Positions 32,901 through 41,883 of a stretch of 64,000 nt of DNA are shown here, in pieces. The stretch comes from Nitrospirota bacterium (GTDB lineage: Bacteria > Nitrospirota > UBA9217), in the NCBI GenBank assembly GCA_963840455.1, contig CAWIYV010000014.1:64001-128000 (forward strand). The letters are read 5' to 3'. The number at the start of each line of letters is the position of its first letter. The stretch's first letter is position 1. The position numbers and the translations under genes were made by a program. The notes under the pieces were generated by a model. That model did not search any database. It was given only the letters and a program-made list of their open reading frames with translations, and was not told where the DNA came from.

Positions 32901-34869
32901 TGATCGTCACGTTCCCGCGGCCGGCAAGAGGGGCGTCGTAGGCATAGACGCGGGCAGGGCAGACCCACCACAGGGCGGAGCGGGCCATGTCAGGGTGCGA
33001 GGCAACGGGGATCGGCCAAAGCGTCCTGATGTGGGAGACGCTCCCCACATGGTAGGTGTTCGTGGCAAGTTTCGTTTCGAGGCCTGCGACCGGTCTCACC
33101 GCATCGAGGTCCCGCGCCTTTCGCAAAGCTTCCTGGTAGGCCATGACCGGTTCGGCAAGCATCTTCTCCACCGGCGTCTTCAATATATAATAGCGGAAGG
33201 CGTCCCAGACAGCAGTGCCTGCGGCAATGGCGGCAAGAGTAAGCCCGTAAAGCGGAAGAACGACAAGGTCGATCACGCTGATGGACCGGACCAGGATGCG
33301 CACTGCATCGGCAAGCTTTGCTTCTACCGGCTCTGCATTGTTGGCATAGACCGCAGAGATCGCCTGGGCCAAAGCAGGCGACAGCCTCGATACCAGGCTC
33401 CCCACGGGCCAGGGGAGCGATGCGGGATCGAGCCTCCTGCCGCTCACGTTCATGATGATGTCAAGCCGCGCGTCCCCACGGCTCTTCCCCTTCAGCGCGT
33501 TCCGGAGCCAACTGCCGATCGTCGCGGGATGAATGAGCTGTGCGAGGAGATGCTTCCCGAGCCTGAGGCTGGCGATCGATGAGAAGGTGTCGGAGACCAG
33601 CTCCTTCAGGGCCCGCGGAGAGAACAGATGTCCGCGGAGGTACCGGCTGGTGTCCACAAGGCTGCCGGCTGCGAGGAACCGGGCAGTGCCGCAGAGGATA
33701 TCGGGGGTCCTGCCGAAGAGCACGCGCGACCTGCCGAAATAGGCCGGCCATTGCGCAAGGTGACGAGCGTTCGTGCCGTACACGCTGTCCCTGAGGGGGG
33801 CGACGTACGACTCGCTCAGGTGCTTCGCGTTCAAGGGTTTGCCCTCTCGCAGGAGCGACTTCACGGCGCGGGCAAAGTACAGGCCAGTTGCCGAGGCAGG
33901 GCCGGTGAAGTTAGGGAAAGGGAGATCGATGCCGAGCCCCGCGGACGCGCCGCCCACGGCGAGCCCGTCCTCGACGAGCTTCGGCCGCTCGCGCCATCCG
34001 CCGCTCCGGATGATCCTGGTGCCGTAGGCGGACAGCGACCCGTCCCGGCACAGGTCAGCGATTGCCGGCATAGTACGAAGCCTTTCGAAGATCCGGTCAT
34101 GGTCGCCGCGGTAGTGCTTTTTCAGATTTTCCAGCGGGACCACGTAGCCGAGCGAGAGGCTGTCGCGGTTCGTGTAGAGGAATGCGCCGATGTTCAGCCC
34201 CGCGGTCCTGCCGGCTATGGCCGGGTTCCGTACCAGGACCTCGTACGCCGCGCCCTCGCTCCGGCCCAGGCGGAACCGTTCGTCAATGTCCCGCGCAGGG
34301 AGCGAGAGAACGGCCTTGACGCCCTGGAGGTAATGGGGATCGGGGACCCGCTCGAGGCGTTCGGAGCGCACAAGATGGGACGCGTCGCCCTCGGCGATGA
34401 ACACGACCCCGGCATGGAGCGATCCGCGGCCGGTCTGGACGCCGATGACCTGTCCGTTCTTCCTGATGAGGGACAGGACCGTGGTCCGCGTTATGAGCGC
34501 GGCGCCTTTTAAGCGGGCGAGGTCGGCGAAGTAGGGATCATAGACCGGGCGGAGGACCGTGTAGCAGTTCTCGAAGGCACGCGGATCGGACAGTGCCACG
34601 CCCACCTCGTCGATGCCGTTGTGCGCCAGGGTCCCGCGGCGGACCACGCGTCGCTCGAAGGGCGCGGCCTCCACGGCTGCATGGCCGAAGCACTCCTCCG
34701 AGGCGAGGCTGTCGGCGAAGTACACGCAGCCGGACCAGTTCTCAGCGCCGGCGTACACCGCTGTCTCGAGCAGCGCAACGGAGATGCCGCTCCCGGCCAA
34801 AGCGCCGGCCGCGGTCACCCCAGCGGGCCCTGCGCCGACGATGACGACGTCATACTGGTAGGTCTTCAT
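26989..34869 (-). CDS. 2626-aa fusion: FixC/ETF-QO-like flavoprotein, FixX-like ferredoxin, degenerate ACAD, intact ACAD, ETF-beta, ETF-alpha
   Basis: In order: DVVIVGAGPAG; VCPARVY..WENCIKCESC; GRVQF..AGQVFGG; FALTEP.AGSD, GSKMWITNG, KMGQRGSPT, IYEGTNEVQR; ETF-beta-like IDPLD; QIGQTG..V.P.L....GISGAPQH..NKDPEAP. Confidence 0.9.
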   Translation of the reverse strand: MKTYQYDVVIVGAGPAGVTAAGALAGSGISVALLETAVYAGAENWSGCVYFADSLASEECFGHAAVEAAPFERRVVRRGTLAHNGIDEVGVALSDPRAFENCYTVLRPVYDPYFADLARLKGAALITRTTVLSLIRKNGQVIGVQTGRGSLHAGVVFIAEGDASHLVRSERLERVPDPHYLQGVKAVLSLPARDIDERFRLGRSEGAAYEVLVRNPAIAGRTAGLNIGAFLYTNRDSLSLGYVVPLENLKKHYRGDHDRIFERLRTMPAIADLCRDGSLSAYGTRIIRSGGWRERPKLVEDGLAVGGASAGLGIDLPFPNFTGPASATGLYFARAVKSLLREGKPLNAKHLSESYVAPLRDSVYGTNARHLAQWPAYFGRSRVLFGRTPDILCGTARFLAAGSLVDTSRYLRGHLFSPRALKELVSDTFSSIASLRLGKHLLAQLIHPATIGSWLRNALKGKSRGDARLDIIMNVSGRRLDPASLPWPVGSLVSRLSPALAQAISAVYANNAEPVEAKLADAVRILVRSISVIDLVVLPLYGLTLAAIAAGTAVWDAFRYYILKTPVEKMLAEPVMAYQEALRKARDLDAVRPVAGLETKLATNTYHVGSVSHIRTLWPIPVASHPDMARSALWWVCPARVYAYDAPLAGRGNVTINWENCIKCESCWRAEPAGVLWGRFTDHRLIYRPESGAIDGLLGSLKRNAAKEPAIEQPQVIDRKRWYLNEDITAAIASVLNAIAAFCAGVADLPASVSAGRMSWPRQLGERLIEKMTLLETALGVDERPDLAQEIRDEKADIGTRLAEGRMFHALYAVSRLEQELRSWTAITPSKKAETSDPIIFAQEVAAIFPDRVVKQWEDGPMPDEWATKLRQFIAEHLHPARPAIRALASVSPALGLIAAQQMAATKALQQAGRDGIPGACLVSGEHMVLRESSGGVTIIGSIELVPAAASTALLLVAGGTAYILPFTAAGVKITPAPAIGFRAAGLSRIELNCTLSKQDRFPIRDTEELDAASYLAIALGAGDYLSRRAREHAAGRVQFPGQMLDTQGRDGIAKLGAVKALVSRIEAWTLLLETLYRVARRSHGATSPEFDALCAATAAMAFGPEPGCMAYDAGQVFGGFAFSEDDLLARFYRDSALFRFLAPGYGASSALHAGLAGADLTKTLSAELGSFSKISGAPLASLVKQWNAVQSGYDSMPAGADAHASGDAAALLLDIRGLLVVVEAGLNAGRSMEQEAASVEVLLGLAEKAVRKAALSAGSGRVSPAAVSPPAPDIAAVDLGQDYEHFCNRPGRPHRSGTFLVSIFDRSPRYVPEMQLHDPKLRQQWRGLVDWFKANAGGRSFEGMHFERYVEQIHNLPDEVIAAVKQNRWLATYVPKAEDGLGWRKAGYYVLNSASGSFGDAAVCLLIMASTSIGTTPVLLGLEDELPRVREELTPLVHDPKRLGEIGSRIRRLVSSFRNPNPRWVRKEYSAIMRLVDDRIRRTRVVKYLSAGFLRSFYGAGIAGQRGDFGGFMTNLVHAAELFERIMPDVRDGLDELPRRERAHKLFLRNLGHGGVSAFALTEPTAGSDSGGVKTMAVLRIAMLSPLPDGRYAFSPTGELDKCKRYLIDADRIAFTDNGMAYRTPDDKLVPVRYDRYDYGTDEGVRAYEYQGTVCEFHDIGQVRTTGTGPHYAYYSLTGSKMWITNGSLATQFCLFAQTPEGVTGFMVDRHAEGLKVGADERKMGQRGSPTNEISLDNVRVPREAIIGYEGHGQVNALETLNVGRCGLAVVAGALARKLMAEASQALPQSEVRDRLLGEAAAIQFGSESLAYYLIGLFDRPHESVRMESAIAKYVCSEDVHEIISLIERAYGPVGQTEQYLLEKARRDARILNIYEGTNEVQRFLILKDLISQAADWPELPDRILERPQDTAAMTLSAWKNLLRKHVLAAREQLGDAAWSDAMLQPALFPLAEMAGEVLRLECVFYRCEWLAERRDLLGPAYVDPLLQAGQRAAERALAKLGHLDQAFAPAWQQLSRDLDAPEVRAADAVLDRAAKKDRAEQETVGAVSAPLRILSIIRPVPVLSPLPRLDNGAISELVWEIDPLDRSGLDQALALKAASGTNVTVHVLMPAGAEREQLLRSAAPTADRLVRLDRDPAEFTAFVGAVKDLELDGNYDLIVLGAESLNGDHGLAPFLAGGLKRHYLPVPRMRAKSDPSGIDGVSTPSIIGISTGSMPLGQSISDLVAGLSRNISVMSSSGVPSPLPRFARPARKTAGTRTITSVKDAATFLKEYAALASAARTETYAGTIGKGQLAPGPVVWSILDPLDRKGGLAALRAGRIAADLLGKTSCCLVSAPRESWPSLLGLAQANGAERAFCIDTRDGALSRFGMQQVLKLIMTRSGEPMIIAGASWNDAIATTAGGQEAGSRIRIVTNISHVDRNADGSLNIDVPVYAGRLVRQERVRDGSALLTMSSDADLPAQAPRDKFTVVEIDSEAGPDWTTPLPPPAPPTLSSAEVIIDLGYGVKDGSGIALANDLKKMLEGMGLAPMFGATRKVTQDLKLLPLDAQIGQTGVRVNPKLIICLGISGAPQHIDYLGTRAEVLCFNKDPEAPLMKLNQTRPAPRVHPIVGDLFVTVKELIEKLH

Positions 34870-35041
34870 GGGATGTTCCCCTGTGATGCCACGGTCGATG
34901 ATAGATGAAGCGTAAGGAAGGCGATGCTACGTGTTCGCAGTGCAATTATATCAGAATGGCCAGGGACAAACCAGACGGCACCGGCTTTCCTGTCGTATTG
35001 GGAAATCTGATACAATATGCGCAGGAAGGAGGATCTGTGAT

Positions 35042-35620
35042 ATGAAAGAGGCACGGAAGTTCGACCCCCGGAGCCTGGATGTCCTGAACAGCCCCGAACG
35101 GTTCGACCGGGAGAACCCCGATATCATCTGGAAGGAACTGGACCTGAAGGAACCCCGGGTCCTCGTCGATATCGGGGCAGGCACGGGGTTCTTTGCGATC
35201 CCCTTCGCACGCAAGAGCCCTCACATCACGGTCCATGCCTGCGACCTCCAGGACGAGATGCTGCACTGGCTTCGGGAGCATCTGCCCGAAGACCTGCGAA
35301 TGCGGATCATCCCCGTGAAGATGGAAGAACGCAGGGTGCCGCTTCCCGACGGCATCGCCGACCTCGTGTACATGATCAACCTGCACCATGAACTTGAGGA
35401 CCGGGACGCGATCATGAAAGAATGCTTCCGGCTCTTGAGACCTGGCGGCACAGTGATGGTAGCGGACTGGAAGAAGGGGGAGACGCCAGTGGGGCCGCCG
35501 CAGGAGATCAGGGTGACGGAGCAGGAGATCGTTGCGGACCTCCGGCGGGCGGGATACCGGGACATCACGGACCACCCGGTGCTGCCGTACCATAATTTCG
35601 TCACGGGGAAGAAACCGTAG
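35042..35620 (+). CDS. Class I SAM-dependent methyltransferase
   Basis: VDIGAGTG, D.V.MINL.HE and R.LRPGG...ADWKK..GPP. Confidence 0.9.
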   Translation: MKEARKFDPRSLDVLNSPERFDRENPDIIWKELDLKEPRVLVDIGAGTGFFAIPFARKSPHITVHACDLQDEMLHWLREHLPEDLRMRIIPVKMEERRVPLPDGIADLVYMINLHHELEDRDAIMKECFRLLRPGGTVMVADWKKGETPVGPPQEIRVTEQEIVADLRRAGYRDITDHPVLPYHNFVTGKKP

Positions 35621-36239
35621 CCACGGAGGCACAGAGGTGCGGAGAGGGACCGGCGGGACTATTCGTTATTCCCCGTCGGAAGTGCGGGATGCCTGTGCCA
35701 TTCCAGTGAAGGGATCCACCCCTTGTGGCAGAACCAACTCTGCAACCTGGGAAAGCTCAAGTCATGCCGTTGCCATGCTGACACACAAAGAGCCGTACGC
35801 GGCGTCATTGGTGAATTGTGCATAGTTGACTGAAATCTGCAGCCGGACCAATAGATTCAATTGAATAGTATTGTTCATTACAGGCCAGAATTACCGCTGG
35901 AAGACCCTACATAAGGATTACGACGTCAAAAAGACTATTCCATATTTGTAATATTAATTTCTCTTCGTGGATATTCCGAAAAATAAATATTAGTCGATTG
36001 GTGATACGTAATAGATACGGCAAGTTAGCCTAATTCACCTTGACCATGTTGCGTTAGCTGTGATACGGTAATCCGTACCGATAATGACATGTCCAAATGA
36101 GGACTCATAACCGATGACGCGCGAGTGGGCCTTGGAAAATGATAAGTTTATTTGCGAATGTGGACAAAGTTTTACAATCAATAAAGAGAAAAAATCACAG
36201 CAGAGTTTTTCAAATAACGCGAGTATCCTCCCTGAAGAA

Positions 36240-36631
36240 GATATGTATATCGAAAAAGACTGAAGCAAGATTGAAATGGAATTCCCATCATCGATCTGAA
36301 GATAATGTGCGGGATACATGGCAAAAATGATGTGATTTTCGAAATTGAAACCGACGAAGACAATTGGCAGTTATTTCCCTTCTTTGATGAAAGTGATAAG
36401 AAAAGACTGAGCCGCACTTCTAATGACATCGTTCGTGAAACACAATCGGCAAGAAAATGGCCTAATTTCCCGGATGACTGTGTTGCTATTGCTTCGAACG
36501 GATCCGGTGATTTATTGGTCTTTAAACGTTTAGCTAATCACGACAAAAAATTAGACGATGCCATTTACCTTTGGTCACATGAAACAGGCGACTTACAGAT
36601 GGTAGCCTCCTCATTTTCAGAGCTTATTTAG
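36240..36631 (+). pseudogene. SMI1/KNR4-family protein with frameshifted 5' end
   Basis: C-terminal VAIASNGSGDLL...IYLWSHETG. The N-terminal IEK/TEARLK/EFP segments are scattered over different frames. AT-rich context. Confidence 0.6.
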
Positions 36632-36637
36632 ATGCGA

Positions 36638-36688
36638 TACTAACCAAAGCGTTCGAGCCGCCTTCAGCGGCTCAACTTGTTGTTATAC
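36638..36688 (+). mobile_element. attC-like site (short)
   Basis: CTAAC...GTTCGAGCCGC-cttca-GCGGCTCAAC...GTTATAC shows the R''/L''/L'/R' layout with an unpaired extra base, just after the stop codon. Confidence 0.5.
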
Positions 36689-36808
36689 GATTGAATACGA
36701 TGCCCATATCGAACGAGTACGATAAGGTAGCTTTAAAATTAACGCCGCTGCTGGAAGTATTATCGGGCCACTCAAGAATGGAGCGTTACTGTGAGCAGGG
36801 CTACGAGA

Positions 36809-37972
36809 TCATCGTCGCGTGAGCGCGCGGTTGGAAAGCTCCTCTTCCAGAAGCCCCATGCGGAAGCGCAGCAGCAGGTCGCTGAAGGGCCTCTTCAAGA
36901 AGGGGTCTTCCGCCAAGCCGACCAGGTGGGCCTGGCAGCCGCAATCTGAACTGCCGAACCCCGGAACGTGCCATTCCGCGATGCCTGACAGCGCCCCCGC
37001 GATCTCGCATTCAATATCAGCACTCGTCCTGATGGGAATGCCGGCGATGTATTCCGCATGCTCCCGCAGGTAATCGATGTGCCAGTGATGGTTCTTGATG
37101 AGCCGCTGGTGCCGGGCCAGCCGCTGCGTCAGGTTCTTCATGGCTGAGCCCACGTAGAGATAGTATCCCCTCCGGAACTTCAATTCTCCCAGTCCGCCTA
37201 CCGTAATCCTCCGGTCCCGCGGCAGCTGCAGCACCACGATGTAGCTCCCCCGGTCATGGGATTCCCGCTCCACCAAGTCCCAGGGTATCGTCAGCTCCCG
37301 TGTCACAGTACCCAGCGACAGGTCCTGCTTCCATTCCACGGAAACCGCCTTGACCATGACCCGGTCCTTGACCTGCAGGAGTGCGCGACAGAACTCGAGG
37401 TCCGTATGGTGCTCGGGCATGAACCATGTGGCAGCCGGCGAATGAACGATGAAGAGCACGGCTGCGCCGCAGCCCGTTCGGGAGAGCTCTTCCAGCTCGA
37501 TCAGATGCTTCGTGGCGCGCGCAGAGACGGCGTCAGGGAACATGGCGAGTGTCCGGTTGAAGAGCGTGCAGGATTTCACTTCGAGCACCATCTCGCGTCC
37601 GTCCTTCTGCAGGAGAAAGTCGAACCGGCTTTTGCCCACCTGGTGTTCTGCCTTGATGATCTCCGCGCCTTCGAGGCCGGGGATACGGCCCTCCTCGATC
37701 AGGTTACGGGCGACCAGGTTGTTGGCATGCGTATGGAGCATGACGGGACAGCCGTCGCGCTCCACGGCAATGATGAGGTGATCCAGCTTCCGCTGTGGTG
37801 AACGGGGCAGTCTCTGGAGAAAGAGCTTCACGCCGGGGAAGAACAGCTCCCAGAGCCTGCCGGGGTTCGGGAGATAGGCGCGGACCTTCCGGCCGTTGAC
37901 AAGGCACTGGACAACGAAGCGGTTGGGCCGGGAGAGGAATGTCGCGGGGAGAATATTATCGAAGAGCTTCAC
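36809..37972 (-). CDS. sfsA: SfsA nuclease fused to DUF123/GIY-YIG-like domain
   Basis: RPNRF, LPNPGRL.EL, SRFDFLL, EVKSCTL, FPDA.S.R..KHL; then GSY...GYYLYVGSA..RL.RH..HWHIDYL..GFGSSDC.C..HL. Confidence 0.88.
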   Translation of the reverse strand: MKLFDNILPATFLSRPNRFVVQCLVNGRKVRAYLPNPGRLWELFFPGVKLFLQRLPRSPQRKLDHLIIAVERDGCPVMLHTHANNLVARNLIEEGRIPGLEGAEIIKAEHQVGKSRFDFLLQKDGREMVLEVKSCTLFNRTLAMFPDAVSARATKHLIELEELSRTGCGAAVLFIVHSPAATWFMPEHHTDLEFCRALLQVKDRVMVKAVSVEWKQDLSLGTVTRELTIPWDLVERESHDRGSYIVVLQLPRDRRITVGGLGELKFRRGYYLYVGSAMKNLTQRLARHQRLIKNHHWHIDYLREHAEYIAGIPIRTSADIECEIAGALSGIAEWHVPGFGSSDCGCQAHLVGLAEDPFLKRPFSDLLLRFRMGLLEEELSNRALTRR

Positions 37973-38066
37973 CTTGCCATAGTAACCGAACAGGGCAGCT
38001 TTGTCATCAAGTCTGCCACGGAGACGGGGAGGATAGGGAAGGATGCCCTTTTGCATCGCACTTCAG

Positions 38067-39275
38067 CTATTTTGCGTTCCTCACCGTGACCCTGCCGCCG
38101 TCCCTAATGTTGTCGTCCGGGTTCGTGACCACGACCACGCCTTCGGACAGGCCTTTCACGATCTCGGCGGCGATGCCGTTCCTCCTGCCCACCTCGACGG
38201 GGGTGAGCTTTGCGCGACGGTCAGCGACGATGAAGAGCGCCCAGCCATCGCCTTTTCGGAAGAGGGCGCTTTCAGGCACCTGCAGCACGTCCTTGCTCTC
38301 CCAGAGGATGAAGGTGGTGTCGAGGCGGTAGCCGTCGCCAAGCTGCTTCCAGAGCTCGGGAGGGGACGTAAGGTCCACGATCACGTTCACGCGCTGCTCT
38401 TCCACGCCGAGGCTCGATATCTTCGTGAAGCCCGAGGGCTCCACGACGCGCACTCTTCCCTGGAGCGGCTTGTCGCCGCCCCAGCGTTCGAAGAGCACAG
38501 CGGAGCCCGGATGGAGCTTCACGGCATCGGCGGACAGGACCTCGACCTTCACTTCCAGGCTTCCGGGGTTGCCGATGTCGATGAGCGGCTCCGCGGCGGC
38601 AACCACGCCTTCGCTCTCGCGGTGGAGCTTCAGCACCCTGCCGCTAGCCGGAGCGCACACGACCACGGTCTTGCCCGACGGGCCGGAGCGCTCGGCAGCG
38701 GAATAGCCGAGCACGCTCTCCGCCTGTTCCAGGTCGGCCTTTGCAGCAAGCACGGCGGCGTCCGCCGAGAGCCGCATCGCTTCGGCTTTGCGCGACGCCG
38801 TGACCGCCTGGTCGAGGTCGCTCTGCGCGATGTAGCCCGAGGTGGAGAGCTGCCTCATCCTTGCCTCGTGATCGCGGGCATAGTCCGCGTCGGCAACTGC
38901 CGCTCGCGCCTTTTCCTTTGCCGCTTCAAGGGTCGCCCTGGCGGCCGCGACGGCTGCTTCAGCCCCTGCCTTGCTCCGGGGATCGAGGACCGTGGACCGG
39001 AGCGGTTCGAGCAGGGCAACCTGCGCGCCTTTCTTCACCATGTCGCCCGCCTGCAATTCGATGCGCCTGAGATAGCCTGCTACCGGGGCGGACAGGACAA
39101 AGCGGTCCCTGACCCGTGTTCTGCCTTCCTCCTCCACGGTCACCCTGAGCGGGCCCCGTGAGGCCTTTGCCACGTCAACGGCAACGGGCTTGGGCAGGAA
39201 ACCGTAGGCAAGGGCTGCGACGACGACCGCGCCGACGGAGATGACGAATACTCTTCTGCGTGTTTGTGCCTTCAT
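38067..39275 (-). CDS. Efflux periplasmic adaptor (HlyD/MFP)
   Basis: N-terminal anchor, EEGRTRVRD...SAPVAG, coiled coil, APASGRVL and TKISSLGVEEQRV. Confidence 0.9.
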   Translation of the reverse strand: MKAQTRRRVFVISVGAVVVAALAYGFLPKPVAVDVAKASRGPLRVTVEEEGRTRVRDRFVLSAPVAGYLRRIELQAGDMVKKGAQVALLEPLRSTVLDPRSKAGAEAAVAAARATLEAAKEKARAAVADADYARDHEARMRQLSTSGYIAQSDLDQAVTASRKAEAMRLSADAAVLAAKADLEQAESVLGYSAAERSGPSGKTVVVCAPASGRVLKLHRESEGVVAAAEPLIDIGNPGSLEVKVEVLSADAVKLHPGSAVLFERWGGDKPLQGRVRVVEPSGFTKISSLGVEEQRVNVIVDLTSPPELWKQLGDGYRLDTTFILWESKDVLQVPESALFRKGDGWALFIVADRRAKLTPVEVGRRNGIAAEIVKGLSEGVVVVTNPDDNIRDGGRVTVRNAK

Positions 39276-39322
39276 GAGTATCTCCATTGGACGTAGACGT
39301 GAGATGCAAGTAAACCAATTCT

Positions 39323-39479
39323 ACCACGGACACACAGAGGCGCAGGGAAAGACAGTCATATCGGTTACTCTGTGCAGACCGTTCCTGTGTGGTTACAGCC
39401 GCCTTTTCTGGACTTTGTCGTTCGGGCAGAGAAAAAGAACATGTTGGTTACCTCTGTGTCCTCTGTGCCTCTGTGGTTA
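39323..39479. repeat. Intergenic inverted repeat with 9-bp periodic arms
   Basis: ACCACGGACACACAGAGG ... CTCTGTGTCCTCTGTGCCTCTGTGGT. Confidence 0.65.
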
Positions 39480-39504
39480 CAACGCCTTTCATTCCGCACT
39501 CGTT

Positions 39505-41871
39505 TCATTCCCTCGTCTTCAGCACCTCCACGAGGTCCAGATGGTCCAGCCGGTGGCGGACGATGAGGCCCGAGACCGCAGCCGATACCAGGACCACGGC
39601 CGCTGCCAGTGCATAGGTCGCACGCTCGGTCACGAGCGGGATGCGGAACAGGTCCGACGACAGCGCGTGTGACACGTAAGCGCAGAGCCACCGTCCCAAC
39701 AGGAACCCCAGGGGGATCGCCAGGAGGGTCAGGAGGCCCAGCTCGCCGAGGAGAATGTAGGATATCTCTCCGCGCGTGTAGCCGAGGACGCGCAGGCTTG
39801 CGAGCTCCCGTCCGCGCTCCGCCAGGCTGATCCGCGCGCTGTTGTACACCACGCCGAAGGCGATGACGCCGGCCAGGACCGTTGCCACGAAGGTGAAGAA
39901 GAGCATGGCCTCCGCCTGGGTCTCGTAGAAGTTCCGGATCTCGTCCTTCCGCACTACCGCGCCGGCAACGCGCGGCATCTCGACCAGGGTGCGGTAGACG
40001 GCGGGCTGTTCCTTCTCATCGATGACCAGCGCCGCGCCGGATATGGCGTTCCCCTCCCGCATCATCCGGTTCAAGGCCGACAGGTCCATGTAGCCCATGA
40101 GGCCGATGTACTCCTTGATGAGCCCTGCCACGCGGACCTGGCGCACAGGTCTGCTCCCTTCGAGCGTCTCGACGGTGACCATGCTTCCGGGAACCACGCC
40201 GAGGATGCCGCCGAGGTAATCGGTCAGCACCACGCCCGACGCGGGCAGGGCCACGGGCCGGAGCTTCTCGTCGAGCAGCCGGTAGAGAAGACTGGTCTCC
40301 GCCACGCCCCGGATCTGGGTCCGGTAGGTGTGGTGTCCCGAGCGGAAGAGCACCGGCACGACGCGGAAGGGCTCGGCGTATTCGACGCCGGTAAGGCCTC
40401 TGAGCTCGTGGAGCGATTTCCTGGACGTGGGTTCGACGAAAGTGACGGTCATGTCCTCGCGGTGGCACAAGCGGAACTGGATGTCCACCATGTAGTTCAC
40501 CGTGTCCTGGAAGAAGCCTCCTGCGATCATGATAGCACAGGCCATGGCGATGCCGGTGACCGAAAGGAGGGCCTTCACGGGGCGGCGTTCGAGGTTCCGC
40601 AGGATCATGCGGGTCGGCTGGGAGAGGATGCGCGCCGGGATGACGCGTTCGGCGAAGGTCTTCCGGTACCGGGCCGGCTCCTCGGGCCGCATGGCCTGTG
40701 CAGGCGAGATGCGGACGGCCTTCCAGACCGAATGGACCGTCCCGACGACGGCCGCAGCAGCAGTGATGCCCGCTGCCAGGGCAACGACGGAAGGCCGCAG
40801 AACGTAGAGGAAGTAGGGGAAGCGGTAAAACTCCATGTAGATATTCCCGAGGCCCTTGCCGAGCTTGATGCCGAGGAGCGTCCCGCCGATCGTCCCGATG
40901 GCAACGATCAGGAGCACGAGCTTCACAAAGTGGACCGCCACGTCGCTCGTGGTATAGCCGAAGGCCTTGAGCGCCGCGATCTGATCGCGCTGGGTGCTGA
41001 CGGTGCGGGTGATCACCACGTTCAGGAGGAACGCGGCCACGCTGATGAAGATCATGGGATAGAGGCTGGCGCTCTGTTCGAGCTGGCGGAACTCCTCGGA
41101 CAGGAACCGGTGGGACATCTGGTCCTTGCGCGCCACGGCGCCGAATCCCCCATAGCGGTCGAGCACCGCGTCGAGCCGCGAGATCACGTCTTCGGCCTGG
41201 CTTCCCGGAGAACGGGTCAGGACAACGTCGTTGAACGCTCCCTCCATATCATAGGCGGTGCCGAGGGCCTTCCGTCCCATCCAGAGGATGCCGTAGCGCT
41301 TGAAGTCCGGGCTGATGGCGCCGGGCCTGACCTGGAGGATGAACTCCGGCGAGAGCGCTATGCCGGTGACGGTGAGGGTCTTCCACCTGCCGTTGATCAC
41401 CGCGCCGAAGCTGCTGCCGGGCCGGAAGCGGTGCGCCTGGGCAAAGGCCTCGCTCACCACTGCCTCGTTGTCCCGCCACGGCTCGGGCAGGCGGCCCTGA
41501 CGGAGATAGAGCGTATTGAGGAGCGCTTTGCCGTCGTCGGGTAGCGAGACCAGGTGCGCGCTCACCGGCTCGTTGAACCCCGGGACGTCGAGCTTCACGT
41601 CCGCGGCCACGCGGGTCTCGACGACGCTTACGCCGGGAATCTCGCGGATGCGCTGCTTCAAGGCCTCCGGCGCGCGCTTCAGCTGCGCGAAGATGTCGGC
41701 GAAGCGGTGCTCGTCGTAGAAGCGGTCGCGCGTCAGGTTCAGCGAGTCCATGACCGAGAGGAACATGACGAAGGTGGACACGCCGCTCACGATGACGAGG
41801 ATGATGGCGAAGGCCTGGCCTTTCATATGCCAGAGGTCGCGGAGGAGCTTTTTGTCGAGAGACTTCATCAT
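39505..41871 (-). CDS. ABC transporter permease, double FtsX/MacB type
   Basis: KLLRDL, Q..QIA.LKAFGY, ERGRELASLRVLG and C-terminal LK.RE. Confidence 0.9.
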   Translation of the reverse strand: MMKSLDKKLLRDLWHMKGQAFAIILVIVSGVSTFVMFLSVMDSLNLTRDRFYDEHRFADIFAQLKRAPEALKQRIREIPGVSVVETRVAADVKLDVPGFNEPVSAHLVSLPDDGKALLNTLYLRQGRLPEPWRDNEAVVSEAFAQAHRFRPGSSFGAVINGRWKTLTVTGIALSPEFILQVRPGAISPDFKRYGILWMGRKALGTAYDMEGAFNDVVLTRSPGSQAEDVISRLDAVLDRYGGFGAVARKDQMSHRFLSEEFRQLEQSASLYPMIFISVAAFLLNVVITRTVSTQRDQIAALKAFGYTTSDVAVHFVKLVLLIVAIGTIGGTLLGIKLGKGLGNIYMEFYRFPYFLYVLRPSVVALAAGITAAAAVVGTVHSVWKAVRISPAQAMRPEEPARYRKTFAERVIPARILSQPTRMILRNLERRPVKALLSVTGIAMACAIMIAGGFFQDTVNYMVDIQFRLCHREDMTVTFVEPTSRKSLHELRGLTGVEYAEPFRVVPVLFRSGHHTYRTQIRGVAETSLLYRLLDEKLRPVALPASGVVLTDYLGGILGVVPGSMVTVETLEGSRPVRQVRVAGLIKEYIGLMGYMDLSALNRMMREGNAISGAALVIDEKEQPAVYRTLVEMPRVAGAVVRKDEIRNFYETQAEAMLFFTFVATVLAGVIAFGVVYNSARISLAERGRELASLRVLGYTRGEISYILLGELGLLTLLAIPLGFLLGRWLCAYVSHALSSDLFRIPLVTERATYALAAAVVLVSAAVSGLIVRHRLDHLDLVEVLKTRE

Positions 41872-41883
41872 GAAATCCAAGGA

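Noticed and set aside
28318-33582. Long plus-strand ORFs (730 aa, 497 aa) and similar antisense ORFs opposite aspS, the synthetase and the permease
   Set aside because: Shadow ORFs of GC-rich coding sequence with no recognisable motifs.
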